Notes: generated by a model not told the origin, from the sequence alone. A stretch of DNA of 52,032 nucleotides from Chthonomonadales bacterium (GCA_038217285.1 JBBQPO010000008.1:1-52032); one strand, 5' to 3'; shown: positions 1 through 9,848, numbered from the stretch's first letter. Numbers and translations: made by a program.

Positions 1-1095
1 GTGGGGAGCTTGTTGTGGCTGGTGGGGGGTCTGGTGTTGACTCTGGGGGTGTACGGCCTCCTCTGGGTTGTGCCGCACCGGGCGGAGTTGGCGCGGGTCA
101 ACCACTACTATCTCTTCGATCAACTCATTCCCCACAGCCTGCAAGCCTTTCTCAACAACTGGCGGACCGCCCTGTTCGGTGACCATCGCGGACTGATTCC
201 GTATCTCTTCCGCCACGACCCAGTGCAGACTTTTATCGTGCTTCTGTGGATTCTCCAGCGCCTGAGTGCGGCGGTCAAGCGTCCAGCGGAGCGGGGGGAT
301 GAGAGTCCGACCCGTGCCAACGCCGACTACTTGTTGCTGTGGCTCCTCGTTTTCGGGTGCCTCTTGTGCAGCATCGGATACGCTCCGAGCCGTTACTATG
401 TACTGTTTCTTCCGGCCTTCGCAGGGCTTGCAGGATTAACATTATCGGACGTTTCAATATTCAAATTTGAATCTTTCCATAACCGGCGTTTAGCCGCACC
501 TGCCGTCGGTCTGTTCGTCTATCACGCGGCCCAGAGCCTACTGCATCATCTGGGAGTACCGGGCGTCCTGCTTCCGGCTCTGATCGGAGGGGCGTCTCTT
601 GGAGCAGCCTGCTTCCTGCTGCCGTGGACTAAACCGACGAGGATCTTACCGGAAGCGCGATGGACCTCTCTGTCGAGAAGTCTCCCGACAGTCGCCCTCC
701 TGCTCTGGGGGAGTGTCAATCTCTACTGGACCGGTGATTGGCTGTTTCATCTGAGCTACCGACAGCGGGACGCGGACAGGTGGCTGGCCGAGAACTTGCC
801 CGCGAACAGTGTCCTGATCGGAGCGGTTACTCCCGGACTGTCGCTGGACAACCGCTTCGTCTGTGTCAACGTGATCGACAAGCTTTGTAACGACAGAGGC
901 CCCGTCGAAGCATTTGCGCCGGGGCCGCGTTACATTCTGATCCTCGATGATAGGTGGCGCGAGGTCTGGTGGCAGCGTCACTATCCGGCTCTGATCGCCT
1001 CACCTCGCCGAATCCACGCGTTTCGAGGGCTGCTGCGGCCCTACTTCGTGATCGGCGTGTACAGAGTTCCGGAGGCTGCAGAGCGGGCGCGGTAA
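1..1095 (+). CDS. Polytopic membrane protein, probable GT-C/ArnT-like (GT39/83) glycosyltransferase; 5' end lies outside the window
   Basis: The ORF is open at the window edge. It has multiple hydrophobic helices, an 'RYYVLFLP' motif typical of GT-C C-terminal halves, and a soluble C-terminal domain starting 'ADRWLAENLPANSVL'. Confidence 0.6.
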   Translation: MGSLLWLVGGLVLTLGVYGLLWVVPHRAELARVNHYYLFDQLIPHSLQAFLNNWRTALFGDHRGLIPYLFRHDPVQTFIVLLWILQRLSAAVKRPAERGDESPTRANADYLLLWLLVFGCLLCSIGYAPSRYYVLFLPAFAGLAGLTLSDVSIFKFESFHNRRLAAPAVGLFVYHAAQSLLHHLGVPGVLLPALIGGASLGAACFLLPWTKPTRILPEARWTSLSRSLPTVALLLWGSVNLYWTGDWLFHLSYRQRDADRWLAENLPANSVLIGAVTPGLSLDNRFVCVNVIDKLCNDRGPVEAFAPGPRYILILDDRWREVWWQRHYPALIASPRRIHAFRGLLRPYFVIGVYRVPEAAERAR

Positions 1096-1153
1096 ATTCC
1101 TCATGCCGAACAGTCATGTTTAGACACGGTTTTGTGCTATGCTTTTAAGGAAT

Positions 1154-1567
1154 ATGCAAGTACTGGAAATAATGAAGAGCCATGTCGTGACAACGAACGG
1201 GGAGGCGACGCTCGCGGAGGCTGCCGACCTCCTCGATCTCTATCAGATAATGGGGCTTCCTGTCGTCGATGCCACAGGCGTTTTGCTGGGCATGCTGACA
1301 GAGAGCGACATCGTCCGCGCCGCGCGGGAGTTGTCCGGCGGGTTAGCGGCCCATCGCCGTGTGCAGGACTGGATGACGGTTCCCCCGGTCTGCGTTAGGG
1401 AGAGTTCCGATGTGCGCGAGGCCGCACTCCTACTTCGCACTGGCCGATTCAAGCGGCTGCCTGTGGTCTCAGACGCGGGCAAGGTGGTCGGTGTCCTGAA
1501 TCGAATCGATCTCCTGCAGGCTGTTTTTGAGGGTACTATCGCCGATGTCTTTACAGACGGGTCGTGA
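1154..1567 (+). CDS. CBS domain pair protein
   Basis: Two CBS repeats (IM..VVT...GLPVVD..G.LLGMLTESDI and WMT..P...RLPVVSDAGKVVGVLNRIDLL). ATG at 1154 follows AAGGA. Confidence 0.9.
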   Translation: MQVLEIMKSHVVTTNGEATLAEAADLLDLYQIMGLPVVDATGVLLGMLTESDIVRAARELSGGLAAHRRVQDWMTVPPVCVRESSDVREAALLLRTGRFKRLPVVSDAGKVVGVLNRIDLLQAVFEGTIADVFTDGS

Positions 1568-2393
1568 CCTCGTTCAGGCGTTGAAACGGGGACAGAGGTT
1601 CCTGGCCGATGGGGCCATGGGCACGGAACTCTTAAAGTTTGGAGTCGCCCCGGACCGCATCGTCGAGGCCAATCTATCCGACCCGAAGCGCGTTCGAAAT
1701 CTGCATCGTCGCGCCATCGCGGCCGGAGCCGAAATCATCACGGCCAACACTTTTGGGATGCCGACGAGCGTCGAGTGGGGCGCGGCGATGCAAGCCGGTA
1801 TAGACCTTGCCGAAGCAGCCGCCACTGAATCGGATGGGGCAACAGCCGTCCTGATATCCGTCTATCCTGGGGAGTTGTTACAGTGTCCAGAGGCGGTCCT
1901 GGCGCCGTTTCTCAGGCCAGGTGCCAGTGGCCCTGTGCTTCTCATCGAGACGGCTGTTGACATTCGGGAAGCGTCGGAGGCTGTTGCGCTCGCCAGACGG
2001 AGCGGTCCGTTGACGATTGCAGCGACCTGCCATTTTCAGGCAGACGACGTCATGCAGGACGGAACGACGCCCGAAGCCGCAGCATTGGCGTTGCAAGCTG
2101 CGGGCGCGTCGATCGTAGGAGCCAACTGCGGGGAGGTTCCGGAAGATCTGGTGACGGTGGCGCAACGTATGCGAGTCGTGACCGATCTCCCCCTGTTGTT
2201 TCAACCCGGTGCGGGGCTGCCGGAACTGGTGGACGGATGCTGGACCTATCCGGTCGATCCGATCCGGTTCGCCCAGAACGCGAAACGTCTGTTTCAACTT
2301 GGCGCCTCTATAGTCGGTGGATGCTGCGGTACGACACCCGCGCACATCGCCGCCGTTCACAGCCTTCTGTTTCACCCGCAACGTCGCGAGTAG
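1545..2393 (+). CDS. Stand-alone homocysteine S-methyltransferase-family (MetH N-terminal-like) protein
   Basis: Motifs LADGAMGT, AGAEIITANTFG and LIET, plus Zn ligands GANC and GGCCGTTP. Start taken at ATG 1545. Confidence 0.85.
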   Translation: MSLQTGRDLVQALKRGQRFLADGAMGTELLKFGVAPDRIVEANLSDPKRVRNLHRRAIAAGAEIITANTFGMPTSVEWGAAMQAGIDLAEAAATESDGATAVLISVYPGELLQCPEAVLAPFLRPGASGPVLLIETAVDIREASEAVALARRSGPLTIAATCHFQADDVMQDGTTPEAAALALQAAGASIVGANCGEVPEDLVTVAQRMRVVTDLPLLFQPGAGLPELVDGCWTYPVDPIRFAQNAKRLFQLGASIVGGCCGTTPAHIAAVHSLLFHPQRRE

Positions 2394-2495
2394 CCGAAAT
2401 TCCAGGGTCGGCATCGGTCAACGACCGGTTCACTGTTTCGCGTTCCAAAGCACGGATCGTATCGCTTCAAACCAGAGGGAGGATTTTACGCTACC

Positions 2496-3752
2496 ATGAC
2501 ATCGTCTCAAATGTTATCGCGCGCTGCCGTACGGCTGTCGGGAGTGGTCATTGCACTGACCGCGCTGACTCTAGCGGGCTGTAAAGATGACGCGCCCAAT
2601 GCAGGAGCCCCAGGGACATCGGGTGCTTCGTCGGGCGCAGCGCCGACCACCGGTGACAAGATCGTTGTTGCCGAGTACGGTTCGTTTACCGGTGAGCAGT
2701 CCGACTTTGGGAAAGCAACGCACAATGGAATTCAGCTTGCTATCGACGAAACCAATGCCGCAGGCGGCGTCGAGCGGGACGGCAAAAAATATCAGATCGA
2801 ACTCGATCAAGACGACGATAAGAGCCAGGCTCCGAATGCAGAGACGGTCGTCAAAGGCCTGATCGATAAATACAGTCCGATCGCGGTTCTGGGAGAAGTG
2901 GCGAGCAGCGCGAGTATCGCCGGCGGCAAAGTGTGTGAGCAGGCCGGTGTTCCTATGATATCGCCGTCGTCCACACGCGTCGATCTCACACACGGCAAAA
3001 ACTTCCTCTTCCGTGTCTGCTTCACCGACGCCTATCAGGCGGCAGTCGTAGCCCGGTTCGCCATCGACGGCCTCAAAGCCAAAAATGTCGCGATCCTGAC
3101 GAACAACTCCCAGGCATACAGCACCGGCTTCCGCGACGAGTTCGAGAAGGCCTTTACACGTTATGGCGGCAAAGTCATCGTAAAGCAGACCTATTCGGCG
3201 AACGATCAGGACTACCGCAGTCAGTTGACCGCCATCAAAGCGGCCAACCCCGATGCCATCCTGATCCCGGGATACTACAACGATGCCGGAACTATCGCCA
3301 AACAAGCCCGCGAAATGGACATCAAAGTGCCGCTGCTCGGCGGCGATGGATGGAGCTCCCAACAGCTTTTCCCGATTGCCGGCGACGGCTCCGAGAACTG
3401 TTATATCTCCGATCATATGTCGGTCCAGAATCCCAGTCCCGCAGTTCAGAGCTTCGTGAAGGCCTATAAGGCAAAATACAACGCCGATCCGACCTCCATG
3501 TCGGCGCTCGGATACGACGCAGCGAAACTGCTGATCGTCTCGCTGAAAGCGGCGAAGACTCTGGATCGCACCGCTGTCAAGGATGCTATCGCGGCGACCA
3601 AGGATTTCCCCGGCGTCAGCGGCAATATCACCATCAACAAAGATCATGACGCAGAGAAGTCGGCGGTCATTCTGCAGATAAAGAACAAGCAGTTCAACTA
3701 CTATACCACCGTTCCTGATCCGGAGAAGCCGCTCCCGCCCATCGGCAAGTAG
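2496..3752 (+). CDS. livK: Branched-chain amino acid ABC transporter substrate-binding lipoprotein (LivJ/K family)
   Basis: Lipobox LAGC and Peripla_BP_6 motifs (GIQLAIDETNAAGGV, VPMISPSST, FRVCFTD, LLGGDGW, GYDAA). Confidence 0.9.
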   Translation: MTSSQMLSRAAVRLSGVVIALTALTLAGCKDDAPNAGAPGTSGASSGAAPTTGDKIVVAEYGSFTGEQSDFGKATHNGIQLAIDETNAAGGVERDGKKYQIELDQDDDKSQAPNAETVVKGLIDKYSPIAVLGEVASSASIAGGKVCEQAGVPMISPSSTRVDLTHGKNFLFRVCFTDAYQAAVVARFAIDGLKAKNVAILTNNSQAYSTGFRDEFEKAFTRYGGKVIVKQTYSANDQDYRSQLTAIKAANPDAILIPGYYNDAGTIAKQAREMDIKVPLLGGDGWSSQQLFPIAGDGSENCYISDHMSVQNPSPAVQSFVKAYKAKYNADPTSMSALGYDAAKLLIVSLKAAKTLDRTAVKDAIAATKDFPGVSGNITINKDHDAEKSAVILQIKNKQFNYYTTVPDPEKPLPPIGK

Positions 3753-3770
3753 AGCGGGCCGGACGGTTCT

Positions 3771-3811
3771 GAATCCTCTCCGTGTCTCATACCGGAAATT
3801 CGGAGAGGTTC
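3771..3811 (+). other. Intercistronic stem-loop after the binding-protein gene (mRNA stabiliser or attenuator)
   Basis: gaatcctctccg (3771-3782) pairs imperfectly with cggagaggttc (3801-3811). There is no U-tract. Confidence 0.4.
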
Positions 3812-3879
3812 GCATGCCCTGCACTGAACGGAAGCCAGGGCGGTGATTCGCCAACCCTATCATGAAATGAGGGTCACGC

Positions 3880-5001
3880 TTGACCGAAGCGTTGCAAATT
3901 TTTCTCCAACAACTGATCAACGGCATCCAGACCGGCAGCATCTACGCCCTCATCGCCATCGGGTACACCATGGTATACGGCGTCCTGAAGTTTATCAACT
4001 TCGCGCATGGCGATGTCTATATGGTCGGCGCGTACATCGGTTTTTTTGCCGTTACCGGGTTTCTTCTTCATGCGTCGCCTCTCCTGCAGAACATCGGCGG
4101 CCTGCTGCTCTGTATGAGCGGGTGTGCGCTGCTCGGCGTCTTCATCGAGCGTCTGGCCTACCGTCCCCTGAGGAACGGCCTGAGCGCGACCGACGCCTGG
4201 CCCTGGGCGTTGTTCGTAGCGCTCTATTTCGGGCTGTTCGTCGGGCCGAAGGTCGAAGAGCACAGTCGATTGACCGGTACCGCCGCCTTCCTGATCGTCA
4301 CGGCAGTCGCCTTCGGCGCGTTCTGGCCCCTCTTTCGCCCGGTGTTTCGTGCTCTGGGCAGCCACCTCAAACCCTCTCGTAATCGCCTGACCGCGCTCAT
4401 CACCGCCATCGGCATCTCGCTGCTACTTGAGAACCAGGGGCAGGCCACCTTCAGTCCGACTCCGCAGCAGTACCCCAGTCAGGGTTTCCCCTCTCTGAAA
4501 CTTGCCATGGGAGCCATTCACCTGAATATCAGCAGCGGTCGGGTCATTGAACTTGTCGCTGCCATCCTGCTGACGGCGCTGCTGGTCTACATTGTCCGCT
4601 TTACGCGTACCGGTCGCGCGATTCGTGCCGTCTCTTTCGATCCGGAAGCTGCGGCGCTCATGGGTATTCCCACCGATCGTATCATCGCTCTGACGTTTAT
4701 TATAGGATCGTCTCTCGCCGGAGCCGCCGGGTTTCTGAACCACAACCTCGGGCAGATCCCGTTCAAGCCGGATGTGGGTATTCAACTGGGCCTCAAAGCC
4801 TTTGTCGCGGCCGTTTTGGGGGGGATCGGAAGCATCGAGGGCGCCGTGTTAGGCGCACTCCTCATGGGCCTGGCGGAGAGCTTTGTCGGCGGATCGGCCC
4901 TGAACTCCTTCAAAGGAGCCATCGCCTTCGTCATTCTGATCGCGGTACTTTTGTTCCGACCAGCGGGGCTCCTCGGTCGCTATGTCGCCGAAAAGGTTTA
5001 G
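3880..5001 (+). CDS. livH: Branched-chain amino acid ABC permease LivH with an extra two-TM insertion
   Basis: Motifs GSIYALIAIGYTMVYG..INFAHG, GRAIRAVS.D.EAA.LMGI and KAFVAAVLGGIGS. About 67 extra residues lie between ERLAYRPLRN and RLTALITAIG. Confidence 0.92.
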   Translation: MTEALQIFLQQLINGIQTGSIYALIAIGYTMVYGVLKFINFAHGDVYMVGAYIGFFAVTGFLLHASPLLQNIGGLLLCMSGCALLGVFIERLAYRPLRNGLSATDAWPWALFVALYFGLFVGPKVEEHSRLTGTAAFLIVTAVAFGAFWPLFRPVFRALGSHLKPSRNRLTALITAIGISLLLENQGQATFSPTPQQYPSQGFPSLKLAMGAIHLNISSGRVIELVAAILLTALLVYIVRFTRTGRAIRAVSFDPEAAALMGIPTDRIIALTFIIGSSLAGAAGFLNHNLGQIPFKPDVGIQLGLKAFVAAVLGGIGSIEGAVLGALLMGLAESFVGGSALNSFKGAIAFVILIAVLLFRPAGLLGRYVAEKV

Positions 5002-5013
5002 GAAGGGAATCGT

Positions 5014-7137
5014 GTGAAGCGTCTGTTATGGCTCGGGATCGCGGTCGTGCTGCTGCTGGCAGGCAGTGCGGTCAACAGTCACCTCAATCACTACCGGCAG
5101 GATGTCGTGCAGTTGTGCGGCATCGCCGTCATCCTGGCGGTCAGCCTCAATATCGTCAATGGACTGACCGGACAGTTCGCGATCGGCCATGCCGGCTTCA
5201 TGGCTGTCGGAGCCTATACCGGCGCCAGCGTCACCTATTTCGCCGCGTTGAAGTTTACGCACCCTGCAACGCCGGGGATGGCCTGGATGCTGCTGGCCAT
5301 GCTGGTCGGTGGGCTGGTGGCAGCGCTCTTCGGCTATATCGTCGGTGTGCCGAGCCTGCGACTGCGAGGCGACTACCTTGCCATCGTCACGCTCGGATTC
5401 GGGGAGATTATACGGGTGTTGCTGGAGAATACGCACGAGATCTCTCCAGCGCTCGACTATATGGGCGGCGCCACCGGCTTTCAGGATATTCCGCCGCTGG
5501 CCCGATTTCCCCTCTTATGGGGCACTGCGATTCTCGTCATCGTTCTGACCCGAAATCTCAAGTTCTCCTCGCATGGACTGGCCTTCATGTCCGTGCGGGA
5601 GGACGAGATCGCCGCAGATGCGATGGGCGTGAACACCACTCGCGTCAAAGTCTCCGCCTTTGTGTTGAGCGCGTTCTTTGCCGGGGTGGGGGGCGTCCTC
5701 TATGCGCATGCGAAGTTCATCAAGCCCGATGTGTTCGGATTCACGCTTTCGATGGCCTATGTCGTGATGATCGTACTGGGCGGAACCGGCAGCATTACGG
5801 GGGCGACGCTGGCGGCCATCGTTCTGACGGCTCTGCCGGAAGCCCTCAAACCGGTGCGCGACAGCGTCCATTTCCAAAACGAGTACCTTCAGGTCATCTA
5901 CGCCCTCATCCTGGTTCTGATGATGATCCTCCGGCCCTCCGGCGTATTCGGAATGGGCGAGCTCAGTTTCGCTGGCCTGCGCCGGTGGTTCTTCCGCAAG
6001 CACAGTCCAGACCCCGTGGTGAGCGCAGAGACGACGACTGCGCCTCTGCCGCCTGCCGAACGCCGACCCCTGGAGGCCGGGGAGCCGCTCGTGCTGGATC
6101 TCGCGGGGCTGACCCGGCGTTTCGGGGGATTGACAGCCGTTGGAGACGTCAATATCCAGTTGCAGCGCGGAGAGTTGGTCGGACTGATCGGGCCGAATGG
6201 GGCGGGGAAGACGACGCTTTTCAACCTGTTGACGGGTGTTTATGAACCGTCCGAAGGCACACTGGCCTTCTGTGGCAGCCAACTGGCGGGGGATCGCCCG
6301 ACGCCTCCGGCGCGCCGCTGGCTACGGCTCGGCGGAGACGTGCTGATCGCGATGTTCGGTGGATGGATTATCGGGACTATCCTGTCTACCGCCGTCGTGC
6401 CGTATGTAGGCAGCCCGGAGGCGCAGCGGTTACAGACGACGATCAAGTGGGTCGTGTTCGGGCTGATCACGGTCTGGGCTGCGGTGCTCACCCCACGCCG
6501 TCGCCGGTTCCTGGCGGGCTACAAGCCGTTCCAGTTCGCGCAACGGGGTATCTCCCGGACGTTCCAGAATATTCGACTGTTCGGCGAGTTGACCGTGCTG
6601 GAAAACGTGCGGATCGGAACCTATCTGCGCCGCCGCACCAGTCTGTTCGACGCGCTCTTCCAGACCAGGCGGCTCCGGCACGAAGAGGCGGAGAATATTG
6701 CCAAAGCGCGGGAACTTCTGACCCGATTCAACCTTCTCCGCGTCGAAAACGAACAGGCCAAGAATCTGCCCTATGGTGACCAACGCCGACTGGAGATCGT
6801 TCGCGCTCTGGCGACCGACCCGAAACTGCTCCTGCTCGACGAGCCTGCGGCGGGAATGAATCCGCAAGAGAAGGTCAGCCTGATGGCGCTCATCGGTCAG
6901 ATACGCGACGACTTCGGGCTCACGATCCTCCTGATCGAGCACGATATGAAACTCGTCATGGGCATCTGCGAACGTATCTACGTGCTAGACTACGGGCGGA
7001 TCATCGCCGAAGGGTCGCCGTCGGAGATCCGCAACAATCCGAAGGTCATCTCCGCCTATCTGGGCGAAGAAGAGACCGACGCGGGCCCACAATCGTCCCC
7101 TGTTTCGCCCTTAACGACACGACTGCAGCCGGAGTAA
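5014..7137 (+). CDS. livM-livG: LivM permease fused to LivG ATPase, with a membrane hairpin inserted in the ATPase domain
   Basis: The N-half has LivM motifs (GQFAIGHAGF, LRLRGDYLAIVTLGFGEI, VREDEIAA). The C-half has Walker A GPNGAGKTT, RTFQNIRLF, LPYGDQRRLEI, Walker B LLLLDEPAAG, IEHDM and AYLG. Confidence 0.92.
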   Translation: MKRLLWLGIAVVLLLAGSAVNSHLNHYRQDVVQLCGIAVILAVSLNIVNGLTGQFAIGHAGFMAVGAYTGASVTYFAALKFTHPATPGMAWMLLAMLVGGLVAALFGYIVGVPSLRLRGDYLAIVTLGFGEIIRVLLENTHEISPALDYMGGATGFQDIPPLARFPLLWGTAILVIVLTRNLKFSSHGLAFMSVREDEIAADAMGVNTTRVKVSAFVLSAFFAGVGGVLYAHAKFIKPDVFGFTLSMAYVVMIVLGGTGSITGATLAAIVLTALPEALKPVRDSVHFQNEYLQVIYALILVLMMILRPSGVFGMGELSFAGLRRWFFRKHSPDPVVSAETTTAPLPPAERRPLEAGEPLVLDLAGLTRRFGGLTAVGDVNIQLQRGELVGLIGPNGAGKTTLFNLLTGVYEPSEGTLAFCGSQLAGDRPTPPARRWLRLGGDVLIAMFGGWIIGTILSTAVVPYVGSPEAQRLQTTIKWVVFGLITVWAAVLTPRRRRFLAGYKPFQFAQRGISRTFQNIRLFGELTVLENVRIGTYLRRRTSLFDALFQTRRLRHEEAENIAKARELLTRFNLLRVENEQAKNLPYGDQRRLEIVRALATDPKLLLLDEPAAGMNPQEKVSLMALIGQIRDDFGLTILLIEHDMKLVMGICERIYVLDYGRIIAEGSPSEIRNNPKVISAYLGEEETDAGPQSSPVSPLTTRLQPE

Positions 7138-7146
7138 GACCGAACG

Positions 7147-7854
7147 ATGTTGAGTATCAAAAATCTTTCGGTCTACTATGGCGCGATCCAGGCCCTGGAC
7201 AGCATCTCCCTCGAAGTGAACGAAGGGGAGATCGTCACCATGATCGGGGCGAATGGCGCGGGCAAAAGCACGACGATCCGGACGATTTCAGGGCTGGTCC
7301 GTCCACGCTCCGGCGAAGTGATGTTCGAGGGCAAACCTCTGCACCAACTGCCGCCGCATGAGATCGTCACACTGGGCATAGGGCAGTCGCCGGAAGGGCG
7401 GCGTGTCTTCGCGAACATGACGGTGAGGGAGAATCTGGAGCTTGGGGCCTACACCCGGCATCGTCTGAAAGCCCAGGTGCGCGAGGATATGGAGCGCGTG
7501 TTCGTACAGTTCCCCCGACTGAAGGAGCGCGAGGCCCAGTCGGCGGGTACGCTTTCGGGCGGTGAACAGCAGATGCTTGCCATCGGGCGAGCGCTGATGG
7601 CGCGCCCTCGACTGCTGCTGCTCGACGAGCCTTCCCTGGGCCTCGCGCCGTTCCTGGTGCAGAGCATCTTCAAGATCATCCGGGAGATCAATCAACAGGG
7701 CGTCACGGTGCTCCTGGTCGAGCAGAACGCCAATCAGGCTCTAAGGCTCGCCAACCGCGGATACGTCCTGGAAACAGGCCGCGTGGTCCTGGCCGATACC
7801 GCTCAGAAATTACTTCAAGACGATTCTGTGCGAAAAGCCTATCTGGGTGAGTAG
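7147..7854 (+). CDS. livF: Branched-chain amino acid ABC ATPase LivF
   Basis: Motifs GANGAGKST, PEGRRVF, LSGGEQQM, LLLDEPSLGLAP and VEQNA. Confidence 0.95.
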   Translation: MLSIKNLSVYYGAIQALDSISLEVNEGEIVTMIGANGAGKSTTIRTISGLVRPRSGEVMFEGKPLHQLPPHEIVTLGIGQSPEGRRVFANMTVRENLELGAYTRHRLKAQVREDMERVFVQFPRLKEREAQSAGTLSGGEQQMLAIGRALMARPRLLLLDEPSLGLAPFLVQSIFKIIREINQQGVTVLLVEQNANQALRLANRGYVLETGRVVLADTAQKLLQDDSVRKAYLGE

Positions 7855-7877
7855 AGAGGGCGAGGGTAGGGCAGCAG

Positions 7878-8705
7878 GTGGACGATACACTGAAAATATT
7901 GACCGTGGGATTTTTCGCCCTTCTGACCTTTCATGCCAGCCTGGAGCGGCGCTCGGCGCGGGCGGCCGACAGACAGATGCAGGAAGCCTTCCATGGCACC
8001 GGTACGGTTCACAGTGCGGTCAAGCCGAGGGGGGTGTTCGGACTGCTCGCCAACGACATCTGGTCGATCGACATCTACAGTGCGCATCAAGAGTCGGATC
8101 GACTGCCTTTCTATATCTATCCGAAGGGGGGATGGAAGGGCCGAATCCGCCATCTGCGCCTGCATTTCTCGGAGTTTACCCTGGCGGGCCTGCCCATCGA
8201 ACGCCTGGAAGCGGACATTCCTTTCGCGACCTACGATCTCGGCCATACCCTCTATAAGAACCGACTTGTGCTGCGAGGAACGGGCGAAGGGCCAGCGCTC
8301 GTTGCGGTGGGGGAGCGAGGGCTGCAGACGTTCATCAGTCGCAAATACCCGCGTCTGATGCGGGACGTTCGCGTGGAGATCGCCGAGGGAGGCGTTACGA
8401 TTTCCGGTAAGTTGTCCCTCTTTACCGGCCTTTCGCCGTTCTCCGCGTCCGGCACGTTGGTCCCGCGTGCCGGACGCTATATCGACCTTGAGAACCCGAC
8501 TGTCGTGATCGACGGCAAACTGCTTGACCCCGTAGCCGCACAGAACCTGTTGAAGTCCATCAATCCCGTCCTTGACAGCGACCAGGATCTCAAACTCGGC
8601 GGCTTCTTTCGTCTGTCGCGGGTGGAAGTCACAGCGGGGCTGCTTTCCATTCAGGGGACGGCGAAGGTTCCCCCGCTTCCCACCGACCCCCTCAACCCAC
8701 CGTAA
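7878..8705 (+). CDS. Membrane-anchored protein, probably LmeA/DUF2993-like
   Basis: N-terminal hydrophobic anchor and a beta-rich body ending 'LSRVEVTAGLLSIQG'. It fits between livF and gcvT. The family call is by resemblance only. Confidence 0.45.
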   Translation: MDDTLKILTVGFFALLTFHASLERRSARAADRQMQEAFHGTGTVHSAVKPRGVFGLLANDIWSIDIYSAHQESDRLPFYIYPKGGWKGRIRHLRLHFSEFTLAGLPIERLEADIPFATYDLGHTLYKNRLVLRGTGEGPALVAVGERGLQTFISRKYPRLMRDVRVEIAEGGVTISGKLSLFTGLSPFSASGTLVPRAGRYIDLENPTVVIDGKLLDPVAAQNLLKSINPVLDSDQDLKLGGFFRLSRVEVTAGLLSIQGTAKVPPLPTDPLNPP

Positions 8706-8716
8706 GGAATAATGTT

Positions 8717-9799
8717 ATGGAAACCAATTTGCGCCGCACCCCACTTTTCGCCGCACACCAGAAACGAAACGCCCGGATGGTCGATTATGCAGGCTGGGAG
8801 ATGCCTGTTCTCTACACCGGTATCCTCGAAGAGGCGCGCGCTGTGCGTAACCACGTCGGCATCTTCGACATAAGTCACATGGGGCGTATCCAGGTTGCGG
8901 GGGAGGGGGCTACCGCGATGCTGCAGTTGCTCACGTCCAACGATGTCGCCGGGTTGAAGCCTTCCGAAGCCCAATATTCGTTGCTGACGAACCTGAATGG
9001 CGGTATCATTGACGACATAATCGTATATAGAGCTGGGGCTGAGGACTATCTGGTCGTCATCAACGCCAGTAACACCGCGAAGGATCTGGCCTGGATTGCG
9101 CCCTACACGCCGCCATCGGTTCGCGTAGAGGACGATACGCTGCGTACCGCGATGATCGCCGTGCAGGGGCCCGAGGCTCCTGCACTCGTTGCGCGCCTCG
9201 CCAACCAGGCAGCGCTGTTGGAACTGGGACGGTTCCAGTATGCGATAGGGGAGATTGCGGGAGCCCCTGCGACCTTCTGCCGAACCGGTTACACGGGAGA
9301 AGACGGCTTCGAGGTGATCGTCCCGGCGGCGAATGCGGAATCCGTCTGGGACGTGCTCAGCAGTGGGGGAGCGACCGCCTGCGGTTTGGGCGCACGGGAT
9401 GCACTGCGGATCGAGGCGGGCTATCCTCTCTACGGTCACGAGATAGACGAGACGACCAGTCCGGTAGAAGCAGGTTTGATGTGGGCCGTTAAATTGGACA
9501 AAGCAAATTTTATCGGACGTGATAGAATCACAATAATTAAATCAGAACCGGCCCGCATACGACTGGTCGGGCTGGTCACTCAGGAGAGGATTCAACCCCG
9601 GCAAGGGTATACTATTTACGTAGGAAACGAGCCGGTGGGAGAGGTGACGAGCGGTATTTTCTCGCCTGCGAAGGGCGTCAGCATCGCGATGGGATATGTC
9701 GCCGCGCGCTATGCGAAAACGGGAACGATGGTGGAGATCGCCATTCGTGACCGCCGCGCGACCGCCACCGTCGTTCCGAAGAAAAATCTGTTGGCGTAG
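8717..9799 (+). CDS. gcvT: Glycine cleavage system aminomethyltransferase T
   Basis: Motifs RTPL, YAGWEMPV.Y, FDISHMG, RTGYTGEDGFE and GLGARDALRIEAGYPLYG. Confidence 0.97.
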   Translation: METNLRRTPLFAAHQKRNARMVDYAGWEMPVLYTGILEEARAVRNHVGIFDISHMGRIQVAGEGATAMLQLLTSNDVAGLKPSEAQYSLLTNLNGGIIDDIIVYRAGAEDYLVVINASNTAKDLAWIAPYTPPSVRVEDDTLRTAMIAVQGPEAPALVARLANQAALLELGRFQYAIGEIAGAPATFCRTGYTGEDGFEVIVPAANAESVWDVLSSGGATACGLGARDALRIEAGYPLYGHEIDETTSPVEAGLMWAVKLDKANFIGRDRITIIKSEPARIRLVGLVTQERIQPRQGYTIYVGNEPVGEVTSGIFSPAKGVSIAMGYVAARYAKTGTMVEIAIRDRRATATVVPKKNLLA

Positions 9800-9848
9800 A
9801 CGAACCGTACCACATTCACGATAGAGAGATAGAGAAGGAAATTCAGAG

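Noticed and set aside
8706-8716. Glycine riboswitch before gcvT
   Set aside because: Only 11 bp separate gcvT from the upstream gene, leaving no room.
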